This document shows positions 1-12,483 of a stretch of DNA of 64,000 nucleotides, piece after piece. Within the stretch, counting starts at the first letter, position 1. Every line of letters starts with the position of its first letter. Under the pieces are notes generated by a model. It did not search any database and had not been told where the DNA came from. It saw only the letters and a list, made by a program, of their open reading frames with translations. Location: NCBI RefSeq assembly GCF_009914755.1, contig NC_060935.1. One strand, 5' to 3'. The translations under genes and the position numbers were made by a program. This DNA comes from the human T2T-CHM13v2.0 reference genome, Homo sapiens.

Positions 1-10
1 CAAATTTCAG

Positions 11-223
11 GAAAATGATCAAGTCTGAGATTGGTTATTTGGAAGAAAGCTGCGGAAGTTGAGCTAGCTCTAAGTGAGTCATCCCTGTGTGTGCAATGGC
101 AGAAGAGTAAAATGATCAATCGTGGACACCAGAAATAAGTGCTCGGTGAAGTGAAAACTTCAGAAGAAAATAATTCTTAAAGGGCATGAGAAAAATAAGC
201 GCTGTGGCGGTAGTCGGTGAGAG
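11..223 (+). other. Candidate exon A of a putative spliced transcript (lncRNA or microprotein gene); ATG at 186
   Basis: tttcag at 5-10; strong donor GAG|gtgagt at 221-229; six CpGs in ~170 bp in an otherwise CpG-poor region; ATG (gggcATGa) opens MRKISAVAVVGE and ends in phase 2. No transcript evidence available. Confidence 0.3.
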
Positions 224-477
224 GTGAGTTGTATCTATTTTTAGTGGTATCTAGACAGCTTAGAAGGAATAACACACATATTCTTAAATGCACAGTACAT
301 TAAAATTAAAGTGTAGGGAGTTTCAATGATTGTACTAACACATTGTTATATCCTATAGTGACATAGTTAAGAAAACTGAAAACTGAATGCAAAGTTTAAC
401 CCTGCACATGAACAACTTAAAATTGTAATCCTCTTCCAAGATATTTACTATGTAAAAGAAGACCATTTTTTTTAAAG

Positions 478-589
478 CCCATTCATACTTCTCGTCATTG
501 GACACAGACATATACCTAGGGTAGAATTCCAGTCCCATTCATACTTCTCTTCATTGGACACAGACATACACCTACAGTAGTATTCCAGT
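478..589 (+). repeat. 56-bp tandem duplication (2 copies, 51/56 identical) covering candidate exon 478-587
   Basis: 478-533 vs 534-589 read directly; preceded by ttttttttaaag acceptor and followed by gtaagt donor (588-593). Confidence 0.9.
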
Positions 590-929
590 AAGTCTTAGAG
601 TCTGATTATACAGTAAACCCTGGAGATAATGATTTACACAACAAAATAAAGAATTTTTTATTTGTATGTGGTAAAATCTGGAGATTATAAATAAGAAATG
701 ACTTCCATTATTTTATACCAATAAAGTAAATCAATTCAGATTTGCTGAAACTTTTGATATGCAGGCACATTAAACAATTCAGATGTTGATGGCAGAGCTT
801 GAAAGGGTGAGCAGTTTTCAGTTGTTTATTCCTCGGTAGATGGGCTGAAATCTGACTCAATGTTAACCTGTGCTACATAATTTTGGATGTGCAAAGTTGC
901 TTCATAAAATGTCTAGTAAGAAACTAATT

Positions 930-1085
930 TAATATGTATTTATTAAATGCCTACTCTGTGACTGGCACTCTTTAGGTGCTGGCAAAACTGCAGTGAACAG
1001 AGCACTTATCTCTGCTCTCATGGAACTTAGATTTTTTTAGGCAGAGGACAAAAACAGACTCAAGTGAAAACATATTGAGCAGTGA
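930..1085 (-). mobile_element. L2 3'-end fragment
   Basis: tttattaaatgcctactctgtg...ctcatggaacttag resembles the reverse complement of the L2 3' end. Confidence 0.6.
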
Positions 1086-1362
1086 TAATTGTGACAAATG
1101 AACACTGGAAAAGGGCTTAAGGAGTTCTGGAAGGTTGTATTGTTACTTACATTTTAAATATTAGGAAATTAAGAAATCAAGTTCCTGAAAGTAGGTGTCT
1201 TGCCTAAAACTGCATATAAGGCCAATGTCAAAAAAAAAAATCATGTGTAAATTATAGGTTCTCAGTTTCCTAAGCAAACTATTTGTCATTCTGTATCTGG
1301 CTGCCTTACAGGTTATCATTTATTTTATAAAATCTAATTAACCAGAACATTTTAATGTACAA

Positions 1363-1381
1363 ACACACACACACACACACA
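1363..1381. repeat. (CA)n microsatellite
   Basis: Read directly. Confidence 0.9.
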
Positions 1382-2807
1382 AACATACGCAAACACACTA
1401 CATACATAAACATATTACTAAAGCAAGGTCTGTTTATTAACACACATATCCAGTAGGTAGCTATCCTGACTGTAGCTCATGGTATTATAACCATATATTC
1501 ACTTATAATACCACCAACACAACCAACTGAAAACATTTTCATATAATGGAAGTTATCAGCCATCCTGAAAATGTAGGTCTTTCTTGAAAAGTTAATATTG
1601 TGAAAGCTTCCCTATTAGAAGTGAAAACACATGCATTCCAATCTCCATGCTGATACTTTAGTTAAAAAGCTGATTAATTCAAGTTTTCACAAATGGCTAT
1701 GTAATTACCTACTGTACAAAGGAGTGACCTCATGATCATCCCTTGATTTATCCTATATTCCATGGAATTTTAAACTTAAATTCTAAATTCTAAATTAATA
1801 GACATGAGAATGTTTCTTCTGGAAGATGTGATTCTAAAAGAAAAAGAAGGAAATATTTTATATGTCTAACTTTTAACCAGGAATTGTGGGAGGTTTTCAA
1901 CGTTTAAGAAACTGTTTAAGAAGTTTTCTTTATGATCAAAATATGTTTATTCTCTCAATTTCTGAACCAATAATTGGCTTGTCATTTTAAAGCCTTAACA
2001 AAGTTATTGTGGCAAAATATTTTCTTGAAAAATAATGCATCTAATTTTCGACTTCCTGTGGCCCTACTACTATCCTTGCTTCCCAAAACAAAGGTACGAA
2101 TGATATAGAACGTTCTGCTCTTTATCTTTTGGGGCCTATATAAAATTGGCAAATGCATGAGAGAAGCAGCTGCAAAGGTGATGAGGGATTTGGGCTGCAC
2201 AGCATGGTTCCTCTGTGGCAGATGGAATGTGTCCTCTTCTGCCTGACCCATCACTATCAGTTTAACAATAAGGCAACATCATAACAGTTATTAGAGTGAT
2301 TGTCAGTTTCAACTCAGTTGCACTTGGCTTACAGGGTGACAGGTAACAACCATATAAAGCAAGTAGAAACTCAGCATTTATTTCTAAAGGTTTAGGCTGA
2401 AATCAGCACTTTCAATCACTTATGCAAGTTGAACCTTTGCCTCAGCTGACTAGTTGTTGAGTCTATTCTAACATAAATAACATAGAAATCTTAGTGTTCT
2501 CTTCAAAAATGTTAAGATTCAGAATACAAGTCCAGAATAGCCATGACCATACCTGGTAAAGGAAAGCTGTTTTATTAAATTGTTTCCAGATTTCAAGTTA
2601 CCAAAGAACCCTTGTATTAGTGAAAAACAAAAGAGAATCTATATTTAAGGAAGAGATTTTAGATTTATGCACTTACTTAGAAATGCATCTAACACTACTG
2701 TGTATATTCTATATGTTTGTTATTAATTCTTTATTCATTTGGGGAGGTTGAATTGAAGGTATCATCATAAATCAAAGTAATTAGTAATTACAATAGTGTT
2801 TCTAATT

Positions 2808-3997
2808 CAGTCATGTGTCCCTTACAGTGGGGATACATTCTGAGTAATGCATTGTTAGGTGATTTTGTCATTGTGTGAACATCACAGAATGTGGTCGCAC
2901 AAACCTAGATGGGATAGCCTACTACACACATATGCTATATGGTATATGGCCCTTAGGCTATAAACCCTATAAACCTGTACAGCACATTACTGTACTGAAT
3001 ACTATAGGCAATTGGGACACAATAATACTTGTACATTTAAATACATCTAAACATAGAAAATGCATGGTTAAGTAATGATATAAAAGATTTGAACAATGAT
3101 ATACTGGTATAGATCATTTACCATGAATGCAGCTTGCAGGACTGGAAGTGACACTGGATGAGTCACTGAGTGAGTATTGAATGAATGCGAAGCCCTAGGA
3201 CATTATAGTATTGTAGAATTTAGAAACATTGTACACTGAACCTACACTAAATTTACTTAAAACATTTTTATTTCTTCAATGATAAATTAACCTTAGCTTC
3301 ATAAACTAAGGTTTACGAACTCCTTCATAAACTTTTATATTTGTTTGACTCTTTTATAATACTTCTTATGTACAGCTCTCCAAAAAAATATTTTCTTTCT
3401 TTTATTCTTAACATATAAGCTTTTTTCTTTTTAATATTTTTATCTTCTCTTTTACTTTTTAAACTTCTTTGTTAAAAACTAAGACACACACACACACTGG
3501 CCTAGGCCTACAACTGGTCAGGGTCATCAATATCGCTATCTTCCACCTCCACATCTTGCCTCACTGGAAGGTCTTCAGGGGCAATAACACACATGGAACT
3601 GTTTTCTCCTATGATAACAGTGTCTTCTTCTGGAATATCCCCTGAAGAACCCACCTAAGTCTATTTTGCACTTGACTTTTTTTTATAAGTAGAAGGAGTA
3701 CACTCTAATATAACAACACAAACATAGTATAGTAAATATATAAACCAGTAACAGTCATTTATTATCATTATCATGTATTACATAGTCTACATAATTGTAT
3801 GTGCCATACTTCATACAACTAGCAGCACAGTTGGTTTATTTATATCAGTATCACTGCAGGCATGTGAGTAAGGCCTTGTGCTATGATGCTACAACAGCTA
3901 TGATGTCACTAGGTGACAGGAATTTTCAGCTCTTATATTATTATAAGACTGCTGTTGTATGGTCTTGACTGAAATATCCTTATGTGGTGCATAACTG
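2808..3997. mobile_element. Tigger3b/MER7 (Golem) non-autonomous TcMar-Tigger DNA transposon, near full length
   Basis: Termini cagtcatgtg... and ...gtgcataactg followed by TA; internal cacaaacctagatgggatagcctactacacac and gcttgcaggactggaagt motifs; ~1.19 kb. Confidence 0.85.
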
Positions 3998-5240
3998 TAT
4001 ATAGTGCATATTAAAAAATTCACAATATACCCATTATTTATTGAAGAAGTACTAACATTTCAGTAATAAATTAGGAATGGAGGTCAAATTCTTCCAAAGA
4101 GGTCAGACACATTCTGGGTATTTCATCTGAAGATATAGTTTTGACCCAGGACTCCTACTCTTGGTCAGGAAGACAAAAATGGCCTCTCGATTCTGACTCA
4201 GGCATCTATCACTGTGATTCTGTTGTTCTGTCCTCCTCCCCTAAAATGCAGTTAACTCTGGATGCGGGCTGTGACAATGGGAATTGGTCAAGAGTTTAGC
4301 TCATTAGATGTAGAGAGGCCCTTTGCCTGGGAGTACAAAGAAGAGTCAGATGACCAGGTCTCCTAAGATATGGAAAACATTCATCGACCTCAGGACAAAA
4401 TCTGTCTCTCTCTATTATGGCCTAAAAGGTGCAAGTGAGGACACAGTTTTTATACGGCTGGGCCCAACCTTCTTTACTCTTTGTGACTAACCTAAAACAG
4501 GACATAACTGACCCCTAATAATCTCTCTGTACTTAACATTGCCCTCATACCTGCCACCAAGACCACAAGAGTTAGTGATTTCTCAGCAAACACTTTGGGC
4601 ATTCAGGAATTTCTTTTCATATTTCCATCCTGTAGCCACTTCCCATTAAGTCAGCCTGAAACTGAGAGGGAACAGAGAAAACTCACCTATGTCTGCAATG
4701 CCTGTTGTATCCCATTGTCTCACTTTATTTTTATTTTCAAGTTCCAACACGGATGGGTCATTATTTTAAGATGGAGTCAGAGGGAAATATTTGAAGTTAG
4801 GTCATAACTCAATTTAGCAGATTGGTTTAAAATCAGAAATAGCTTTCAGCAGCTAAAAAAAATGTTCAAAGTATTTCTGTACCTCAAAACAATTCCTCTT
4901 TAAGAATAAATTAATGGGAATATTTCATTTAAATACTTTCTGGTTAAATTTTCTTCATTTTTGTGTTAATATTATTGAAAAATATTAATTTTGTCTGCTA
5001 ATTACTTTAAAACATAATCTGTTTTCATATGTACTATAAATTGAGTTTTATGTTTATATTTCTTGAATTTAAAATTTATTAAGTTTTTCAATTTCATTGA
5101 TTATAGTAAAAAATAAATAATATTTTAAGTGAAATAATAAAAGTTATACAGGTATTTGAGAAATAGAGCAAATAAATGCAAAAATATCCTTGTGATACAA
5201 TATCACAAACTATACTTTTTTTTAAAAGTCTAGGATGGTA

Positions 5241-5280
5241 AAGTCTAAGAAGAAGTCTAAGAAGAAAGTCTAAGAAGAAA
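5241..5280. repeat. Short tandem repeat, 3 x aagtctaagaag(a)
   Basis: Read directly. Confidence 0.85.
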
Positions 5281-5287
5281 GATTGTA

Positions 5288-5505
5288 AAGATAGATTTAG
5301 GTTTGAATTTCAGCATTGTTACTTACAAGCAGTGTGAAACTGGATAAATCAACTAACCTTTTTAAGCTTTGGCATTTTCATCTGTAAATGAAGATGATAG
5401 AACCCATGTTTACAGGATTTTTGCAACATTAAAGCAAGAAACAGTATTTGAAAAGCTTAGCAGAAGTGCAGAGAGCATAAAGAATATACAATAAAAGGTA
5501 GCAAT
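5288..5505 (+). mobile_element. MIR SINE
   Basis: Degenerate MIR core (ggtttgaattt...ttttcatctgtaaatg...caataaa). Confidence 0.7.
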
Positions 5506-5562
5506 TTTTATTAAATTCTGTTAGTGTATGAGGACTCAGTAATTGAATCTAGGAAGAAAGGG

Positions 5563-6540
5563 AATAACATTTACTGAGAGCCTACTAACATAGATGCTTC
5601 ACACATTGTTTTATTATTATTATTATTATACTTTAGTTTTAGGGTACATGTGCACAAGGTGCAGGTTTGTTACATATGTATACATGTGCCATGTTGGTGT
5701 GCTGCACCCATTAACTCATCATTTAGCATTAGGTATATCTTCTAATGCTATCCCTCCCCACTCCCCCCACCAGACATTTATGCAACCAAAAAACACATGA
5801 AAAAATGCTCATCATCACTGGCCATCAGAGAAATGCAAATCAAAACCACAATGAGATAGCATCTCACACCAGTTAGAATGGCGATCATTAAAAAGTCAGG
5901 AAACAACAGGTGCTGGAGAGGATGTGGAGAAATAGGAACACTTTTACACTGTTGGTGGGACTGTAAACTAGTTCAACCACTGTGGAAGACAGTGTGGCGA
6001 TTCCTCAGGGATCTAGAACTAGAAATACCATTTGACCCAGCCATCCCATTACTGGGTATATACCCAAAGGATTATAAATCATGGTGCTATAAAGACACAT
6101 GCACACGTATGTTTATTGTGGCCCTATTCACAATAGCAAAGACTTGGAACCAACCCAAATGTCCAACAATGATAGACTGGATTAAGAAAATATGGCACAT
6201 ATACAGCATGGAATACTATGCAGCCGTAAAAAATGATGAGTTCATGTCCTTTGTAGGGACATGGATGAAGCTGGAAATCATCATTCTCAGCAAACTATCG
6301 CAAGGACAAAAAACCAAACACTGCATGTTCTCACTCATAGGTGGGAAATGAACAATGAGAACACATGGACACAGGAAGGGGAACATCACACACACATTGT
6401 TTAATTTATCCCCACAACAACCCTATGCAATAGGAATAATTACTAACTCTGTTTAATAAATGAGAAAACCAAGTTCAGATAGATAAATACCTCATCCATT
6501 GAGTGTGCTTGACTTGAAAATTCGTTCTTTTTCCACAATT
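5563..6540 (-). mobile_element. MIR SINE interrupted by the L1PA insertion (MIR parts ~5563-5611 and ~6403-6540)
   Basis: ataacatttactgagagcctact before the L1; tccccacaacaaccctatg...atgagaaaaccaag after it. Confidence 0.65.
5612..6390 (-). mobile_element. 5'-truncated, 5'-inverted L1PA (approx. L1PA3-4): 3' end on - strand 5612-5771, inverted ORF2 C-terminus/3'UTR on + strand 5772-6390
   Basis: TSD cacacattgttt at 5600-5611 and 6391-6402; (tta)n tail; ORF 5878-6351 is the ORF2p Cys-rich C-terminus ([27 protein letters not shown]). Confidence 0.95.
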
Positions 6541-7139
6541 ACTCCATGCCGAGCAGCTCCAATACACCAGCCATCTTTGTGCACAGTTCTTAAAGAGAGT
6601 GAAGCTGCAGGTGTGTTTACTTGTCCATTGTGCAGGGCAAGTGACAGCAGTATGGGTGAATATGTTACAACTTTCTGTTTTCTATTTCAGAAAGCTCTCT
6701 GTCCCATTAATTTTAGGAGAAATATAATTCCAAAATCTACTTCTCAAATGAAATAAAAAAGGATATAGGTCCTCTTCAAGGCCCATCAGACAGAAGGCAG
6801 GTACATGGCCTAAACTCCGACGGTTTCAGGATTTTATGTCTTGAGGTAGGGGTGCACATTGTAGGTTTAAAGTTGGTTAATTATCTCAGAGGCAGAAATA
6901 GTGCCTGCAGACAGACCAAGTTCATTAGCTGTGAAACAATCTTCATGTTCCCCACTTGCTAACTTTTGTCCTTTCAATGTTCTCCTGTACCCCTGCCTCC
7001 TGTTGATTCTGTGTTCACCCTTTCATAACCACCCTTTCTCTTAGCCAGTTTCTTTCTGTTGCTTGCAATTAAGAGACCTAATTCTCCCATACTACTATCA
7101 CTCATCTATTTCTATTTATCTTTCTATTCCTAGAGTGTC

Positions 7140-7345
7140 AGTACAGAATAGGGTTAAAGACCACAAAGCATGGAGCCAAATTCCAAGGGTTCAAATCCCA
7201 CATTCACTGATTTCTTCATTACTAATTTCCTTATTGGTATTGACCTCCTAGGGTTGTTAACAAAAATTAAAGCGGTTATTATTTGTAAGGTTTTTAAAAC
7301 CACATCTAGCACATAATATGCTTTATATATAAATTTACTACTATA
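7140..7345 (+). mobile_element. MIR SINE, internally deleted
   Basis: gggttcaaatccca and acctcctagggttgtt...attaaa...tgtaagg motifs. Confidence 0.65.
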
Positions 7346-8993
7346 ATTTATGTTCTTATAGTGAAGTGAAGAACTTCTAACAGTAAAATTGTAAATCCAA
7401 AGAAACTTGTTCATTATTCATTCTTCTGTCTCCCATTTGCTTCTTCCAAAATTCCAGACACTTCCCAGATAGAGAAAGCACAATTGAAGGCTAAGCACCT
7501 GTCTTGCTGAATGATTTATAGGAGGGCAGTGCAACAATCTCACAAATGTGGAATTGCTTTTTGGCAGTGACTCAGTCTTACTTGACAATTACATAGTTGA
7601 AATAGCATGAATTTGGTACCTCCCCCCACACCATTAGAGAACATGTACTTTGTACTGCTTATTTGGACATAATTGTAGTAAGCCTTGCTTTCACGAACAA
7701 ACCTGCCTGATGTCTGTAATTCTTGCTTTGTAGGGCTTCCAGCAGATCATCTCCATCACAGGCAGATTGTTCTGTGCAGGAACATTCAGTGGATTCCACA
7801 GCTGTGCAAAAATTAAGTTTGTACCCTGCTCTATGCACTGGCTGTCAAGAAAAAGAACAGTCTGACTTTTCCATGACCTTGTTTGGCTTTAAAGTTCCCA
7901 GACAGAGGGTTACTCAGTACTGTATTTGTGACTTCAGCCTTGAGTCAGATATGTTGTGCCTGTGGGGTGGGCACTGTTGTGTTTTGGGTCACCAGGCCAG
8001 CTGTAGCATTGACTTCAAAATCTTCAGAGCATGAATCCTATTTTCTTCCTTTTTCATTCTTTTATCAGCTTCTATCACCACCTGCTCACTGTAAACAGTG
8101 ATTTCCCTTGCTTTTATTTGCCTGCTGGCCGATATGTATAGCCTTGACTGGTTTTCTTTTGGATCAGACTTTCCCTTATCTACTATGTTGCTGTTTTATT
8201 ATTTATTGCCAGAAGTGTTCTGTCCAGATGTGCTTTGCAGATGAAAATATATCACATGAAAAATAGCATGTTCTAGTCATTCTTTTCAAATAATCATGAT
8301 CTTTGTTTATAAGGAACTTCCCTGAAACTCCCAAATCACATCTGTGGAGTTCTTAAGCTAGATTTTAAGTAACAATGAACAGAGAGAGAAGCAAAAAAGA
8401 TGAACGGAGATACATTTCTTGTATCAAACAAGCAGAGCTGAGTCATCAATTAAAGCACCCAGTAAAGTGCACAGCACAAAAAAGCATTGCAGTAAATATT
8501 TGCTGAAAGAAACAATGACAAAGGCTGCGGCTTCTTCTCAGAAACACATTAGAGGGTGGTAGAGTCTAAGGCATTCTAGTGTTTATTGTCTTAAATTGTA
8601 TGTTTTAAATATCGTATGATAATTGCCAGTAATAATAGATACAAGATGCTAATTGCATAAAAATAACCGTTGAGGCTGAACAAAGCAAATGGTAGATGTT
8701 TACAATATTTATGAACAATAGTCTCTGTCTTTATGCTAGAATAAGATTGAAAAGGGAAAGGAAAATTGCAAGGTGAAGTATCATTTGGCTACAAGAAAGT
8801 CATTTGTCATTTTAATTGAGAATTTAGATTGTCAAACTCAATAAATGAAATGGTCAATTGATATAACTCCCATCTCTGATGCATAGCGTCAATAGGTAGT
8901 GCCTAATTAGGTATTCTCAATGAAATTATTACTATAAAGTGTATTTTATAGAATGCACAGTGAAATTTTTGAAGCCTCCGTGGATTATTTCAG

Positions 8994-9157
8994 ATTACCC
9001 TTGGACTTCTTGTTGCAAGCCAAATTTCCAAGCAAGAATCATGAAATGCTGAATGCTTTAGCAAAATGAACTTTGCCCCATGAAAGATGGTGTTACGTAT
9101 GCTATAATTCTTACAGAGATACCGCATTTGAGAGCATTTCGGGAGATAATGAAGAAA
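8994..9157 (+). other. Candidate exon B (alternative acceptors before 8994 and 9117; donor AAA|gtatgc)
   Basis: Both acceptors give phase 2 in and phase 1 out in the same frame; the long form has one in-frame TGA (9067-9069). Splice sites are weak. Confidence 0.2.
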
Positions 9158-10594
9158 GTATGCCTTGGGATACAACATTTATTCCTTTTCCAGTAGTGAC
9201 CTTTATAGTGTATTTTAGGCATGACCACTGCCTTTTGATACTGCTCAGTGTTGCATACAGATACCTTTCCCTGCACCGTATTCTGAACAGGGAGATGTAA
9301 GGAATATTCAATGTTAGCTCATAAACATGGACTATATGGTGTAAAACATGGTGGAATAAATTACTGGTGATCATGGTCACTTTTATTTTTGAAGAGGCTT
9401 TTGTATAGATTTGTTAATTCTACTGAGTATAAATTCAAGTGTCATATATAAGACTGGTTTATCTTCCAATAACTGGTTTTATATTTTAAACGGTGCCCTT
9501 TTAAAATATGGATTTTTACCCTCAAACTCCAAATTACTCTAATATCTAAGTAGGAGAGAAAAGTGTGAAGAAAGTAACAGAAAAATCTATGTAATATATT
9601 CTCATTAACTGTATAATATGAATTCAATTTCATATCTTAAAGCAATTCATTTAAGGCATGAATACATTCAGGATACAAAGTTCCACTTATGAACCTAATG
9701 AATTTTAGTGACTGTATGTCCTTGTAAATAAAATCTCAATAAAAGCTAGCATAAACTTTGCTATTCTTTGGTATAGATCATTAATATCTAATGACAATAA
9801 GGTCAAAGTTGAAGGCTTAGGCATTATTACAAGTCAAATTCCAAGGCAAATTATTTATTTGATGACGTATGGTCCAACTTAAAATTCAACTGTCACTGAG
9901 GATTTCAGGGCAAAATTGTCATTCAGAATATGCAAATTACATGTAAGTCAAATGATTTCACATCTGTATCCCCTTTCAAAAAATATCTTATTGAAGCAAA
10001 TATTATGGATTCTTTACTAGTATTAATCAAAGATAATATGGAATTTATAAAATGCAATTACAATATTGTCATTATGATTAGATTCTGTATATTTTGAGGG
10101 CCAGATAAATTAGCATGCTCATATAAATGTGACATTTTATTGTACAGAGAATAAAGTATGAAAGCAGGGTGATGAATTTTAAAAGGTTAAAATATCTGAA
10201 TTTAGATATATATGGTGTTGTATCACAGATCAGGTTGATCATTGTGAGCTAGGCATTCACTTTGAGACCTTGATCTATATTTGTAAAATAGTTAATATAG
10301 TATTTCCTACAAGAGAGTGTTGTCAGAATTAAATAAGGCAGTATTATCTTTCTTATAATGAAGTCCAAGTGATTAAGTTTCCATAAAGTAAGATATTGAT
10401 ATCTTTTATTAGTAAAAATGTTAAGTCCTTTTTACCCCTTATACTACCCAAATAAGTTTAAATGACCTCTAAAGTTCCCTTGGATTAAATAAAATCTTAT
10501 TTTACAAAAAGAGTAAGTAATATGATAAGTTCCAGCTAAATAAAATTCTAAGGTAGTCTTTACTTTCACTTGTAAAATGTTTTTCTATATACAG

Positions 10595-10738
10595 GTCTCC
10601 AACTCAGGCAAATACAGTCTCTGCAAAGTGGAACTCAAAATATTAACGAGTCACTGCAAGAAAGAATACAGTGTAAAGGAAATTTGGATGGGACTGCAAG
10701 TAAAATCAATGAAGTCTATCCAAATGTAGATCCTGGAG
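10595..10738 (+). other. Candidate exon C, 144 nt, phase 1-1, open frame
   Basis: gtttttctatatacag|G acceptor and GAG|gtaatg donor; encodes LQLRQIQSLQSGTQNINESLQERIQCKGNLDGTASKINEVYPNVDPG. Confidence 0.4.
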
Positions 10739-11696
10739 GTAATGGTATAGCTATCATACTTAATCATTTTAATATATCTTTATTGACTCATTGGTCTGTG
10801 TTTATTCTGTACTGCATTTCTGCCAGAAAGTCCATATTTTTTTCAGACCACATAATTATTCTAATATGTTTAAGTATGAAGAGTTATTTCTTTGTGCTAT
10901 ATTAGCTTGGGACCTAAACTGAATAATGAAGAAAGTGCTAATGCAAGCAAAATCCAAAATAAAAATATCTCTTTCACTGTTACAGGAATACAATCTGTGT
11001 CTCTTACATCAAGAAAGACTTAGTACTCTCCAAGAATACCATTTTGTACCAAGTTCAAACTGGAGGATCACAAGTCTTTACATGTGACTTAGGAAACAGG
11101 AAGAAGCAACCAAACCAATCTAAGTGAGGCTTCATTAAGGAACCCCAATTTCATTATGTTATGAGCCCTGATTTAGTCACTGGTGAGTTTTATAGAACTC
11201 AGCTATATTGTTACTTATGTAATCTATTTTCATTAAATCAACACATCTTTCAGATAATATGGGGAAGCATAAAACAGAGTTCTTATTCTCAAAGAGTTAT
11301 AATTTAGTTAGATAATAAGCACAGTTAGGAAACATCAAGCCAAATTTATTAGATTAAAAAATAAAATGGGAAAAATGATATTGCAATTCAGTGGTTAATC
11401 ATATCATGAAGTCATTTATGAGTTCAAAAAAATTTGAAAGCCTAAACTGTGACAGGGAGTTAGTACAATAAAAAAGCCTGCTGAGTGAGAATATTTAGCT
11501 ATAGAAACAGATATTTTATACAGACTGGAAGTATATTCTCTGCTATATTGAGATATAAGACATATCTACATACGATGTTTGAACTTTAAAAAAAGCATAA
11601 AATAGGAAGCATTCATTGAATAAATTCAGTTAAAAAATGGAAAAGAGATGGTAAGATAACGGCAATACTAGCTTCAGTATATTGAATGACTATATT

Positions 11697-11940
11697 AATA
11701 ACTAATGTTTATTGAGTATTCACCATGTACCAGGCATTATACTCAGCACTTTCATATGAATTTATTTAATCCATGTATAATTTTAAAGTAGATATTGTTT
11801 TTAACCCAAATTTAATCATTGGGAAAATTAAGATATAAACATTTGAATAAGTTCCTTAACTCAAATAGCTCATAAGTTGTAAAATTGGGATTTGAATTCA
11901 GCAAATTGGACACCAGGGCTCAGAGTCACCTCCACCAGGT
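11697..11940 (-). mobile_element. MIR SINE
   Basis: aatgtttattgagtattcaccatgtaccaggca...gggatttgaattcag resembles reverse-complement MIR. Confidence 0.75.
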
Positions 11941-12483
11941 ATAGTGATTTCCTCGCAAGTGAACACAAGGTTTAATAAAGGTTATCAGACTCAATGTACT
12001 TTAAACTACAAGTGGAAAATACTGTCTCATTTATTTATGTTTACTACCTTTTGTTGATTAATTCATAGACTCTTCCATGTTCTCACAACAGTGACAACAG
12101 CCCATATCTCAAATTGGTTGTAAAATGTGGTGCTAAACCTTGTATTATTTCAGATGATCTGTATTTATAAGAAATTATTATAGTAAAACTGGAAGAAGTT
12201 GAGAGAAGGATGCTGCTGCCAGAGAATATAGAGCAAGGGAGGAGGTAAAAGATTCAGAAAAAAAAAAAGACAGAAACACTTGAAATGTGAAATTACCACA
12301 GCATAATTAGTGCTAGAATCTTTAAAAATATAACAGTAAGCACTATACCTAATTTTACTTTTCAGTCAATAATTATGATCTATGCTAATCTATGGAAACT
12401 ATTACATATTTACATGCATATGCATCTATGTAATTGTGAATTGAATAAAAAGGCTTTTCTACTAATCTCTTTTTCTTCTACAG

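Noticed and set aside
5878-6351. 157-aa ORF as a host gene
   Set aside because: It is the L1 ORF2p C-terminus inside a truncated insertion.
7723-8034. 103-aa ORF after acceptor-like ttcttgctttgtag
   Set aside because: No convincing donor found, and the ORF begins at a non-ATG codon; not added to the gene model.
9914-9937. Sox-like ATTGT near octamer ATGCAAAT
   Set aside because: Spacing is not the canonical composite and such motifs are expected by chance in AT-rich DNA.
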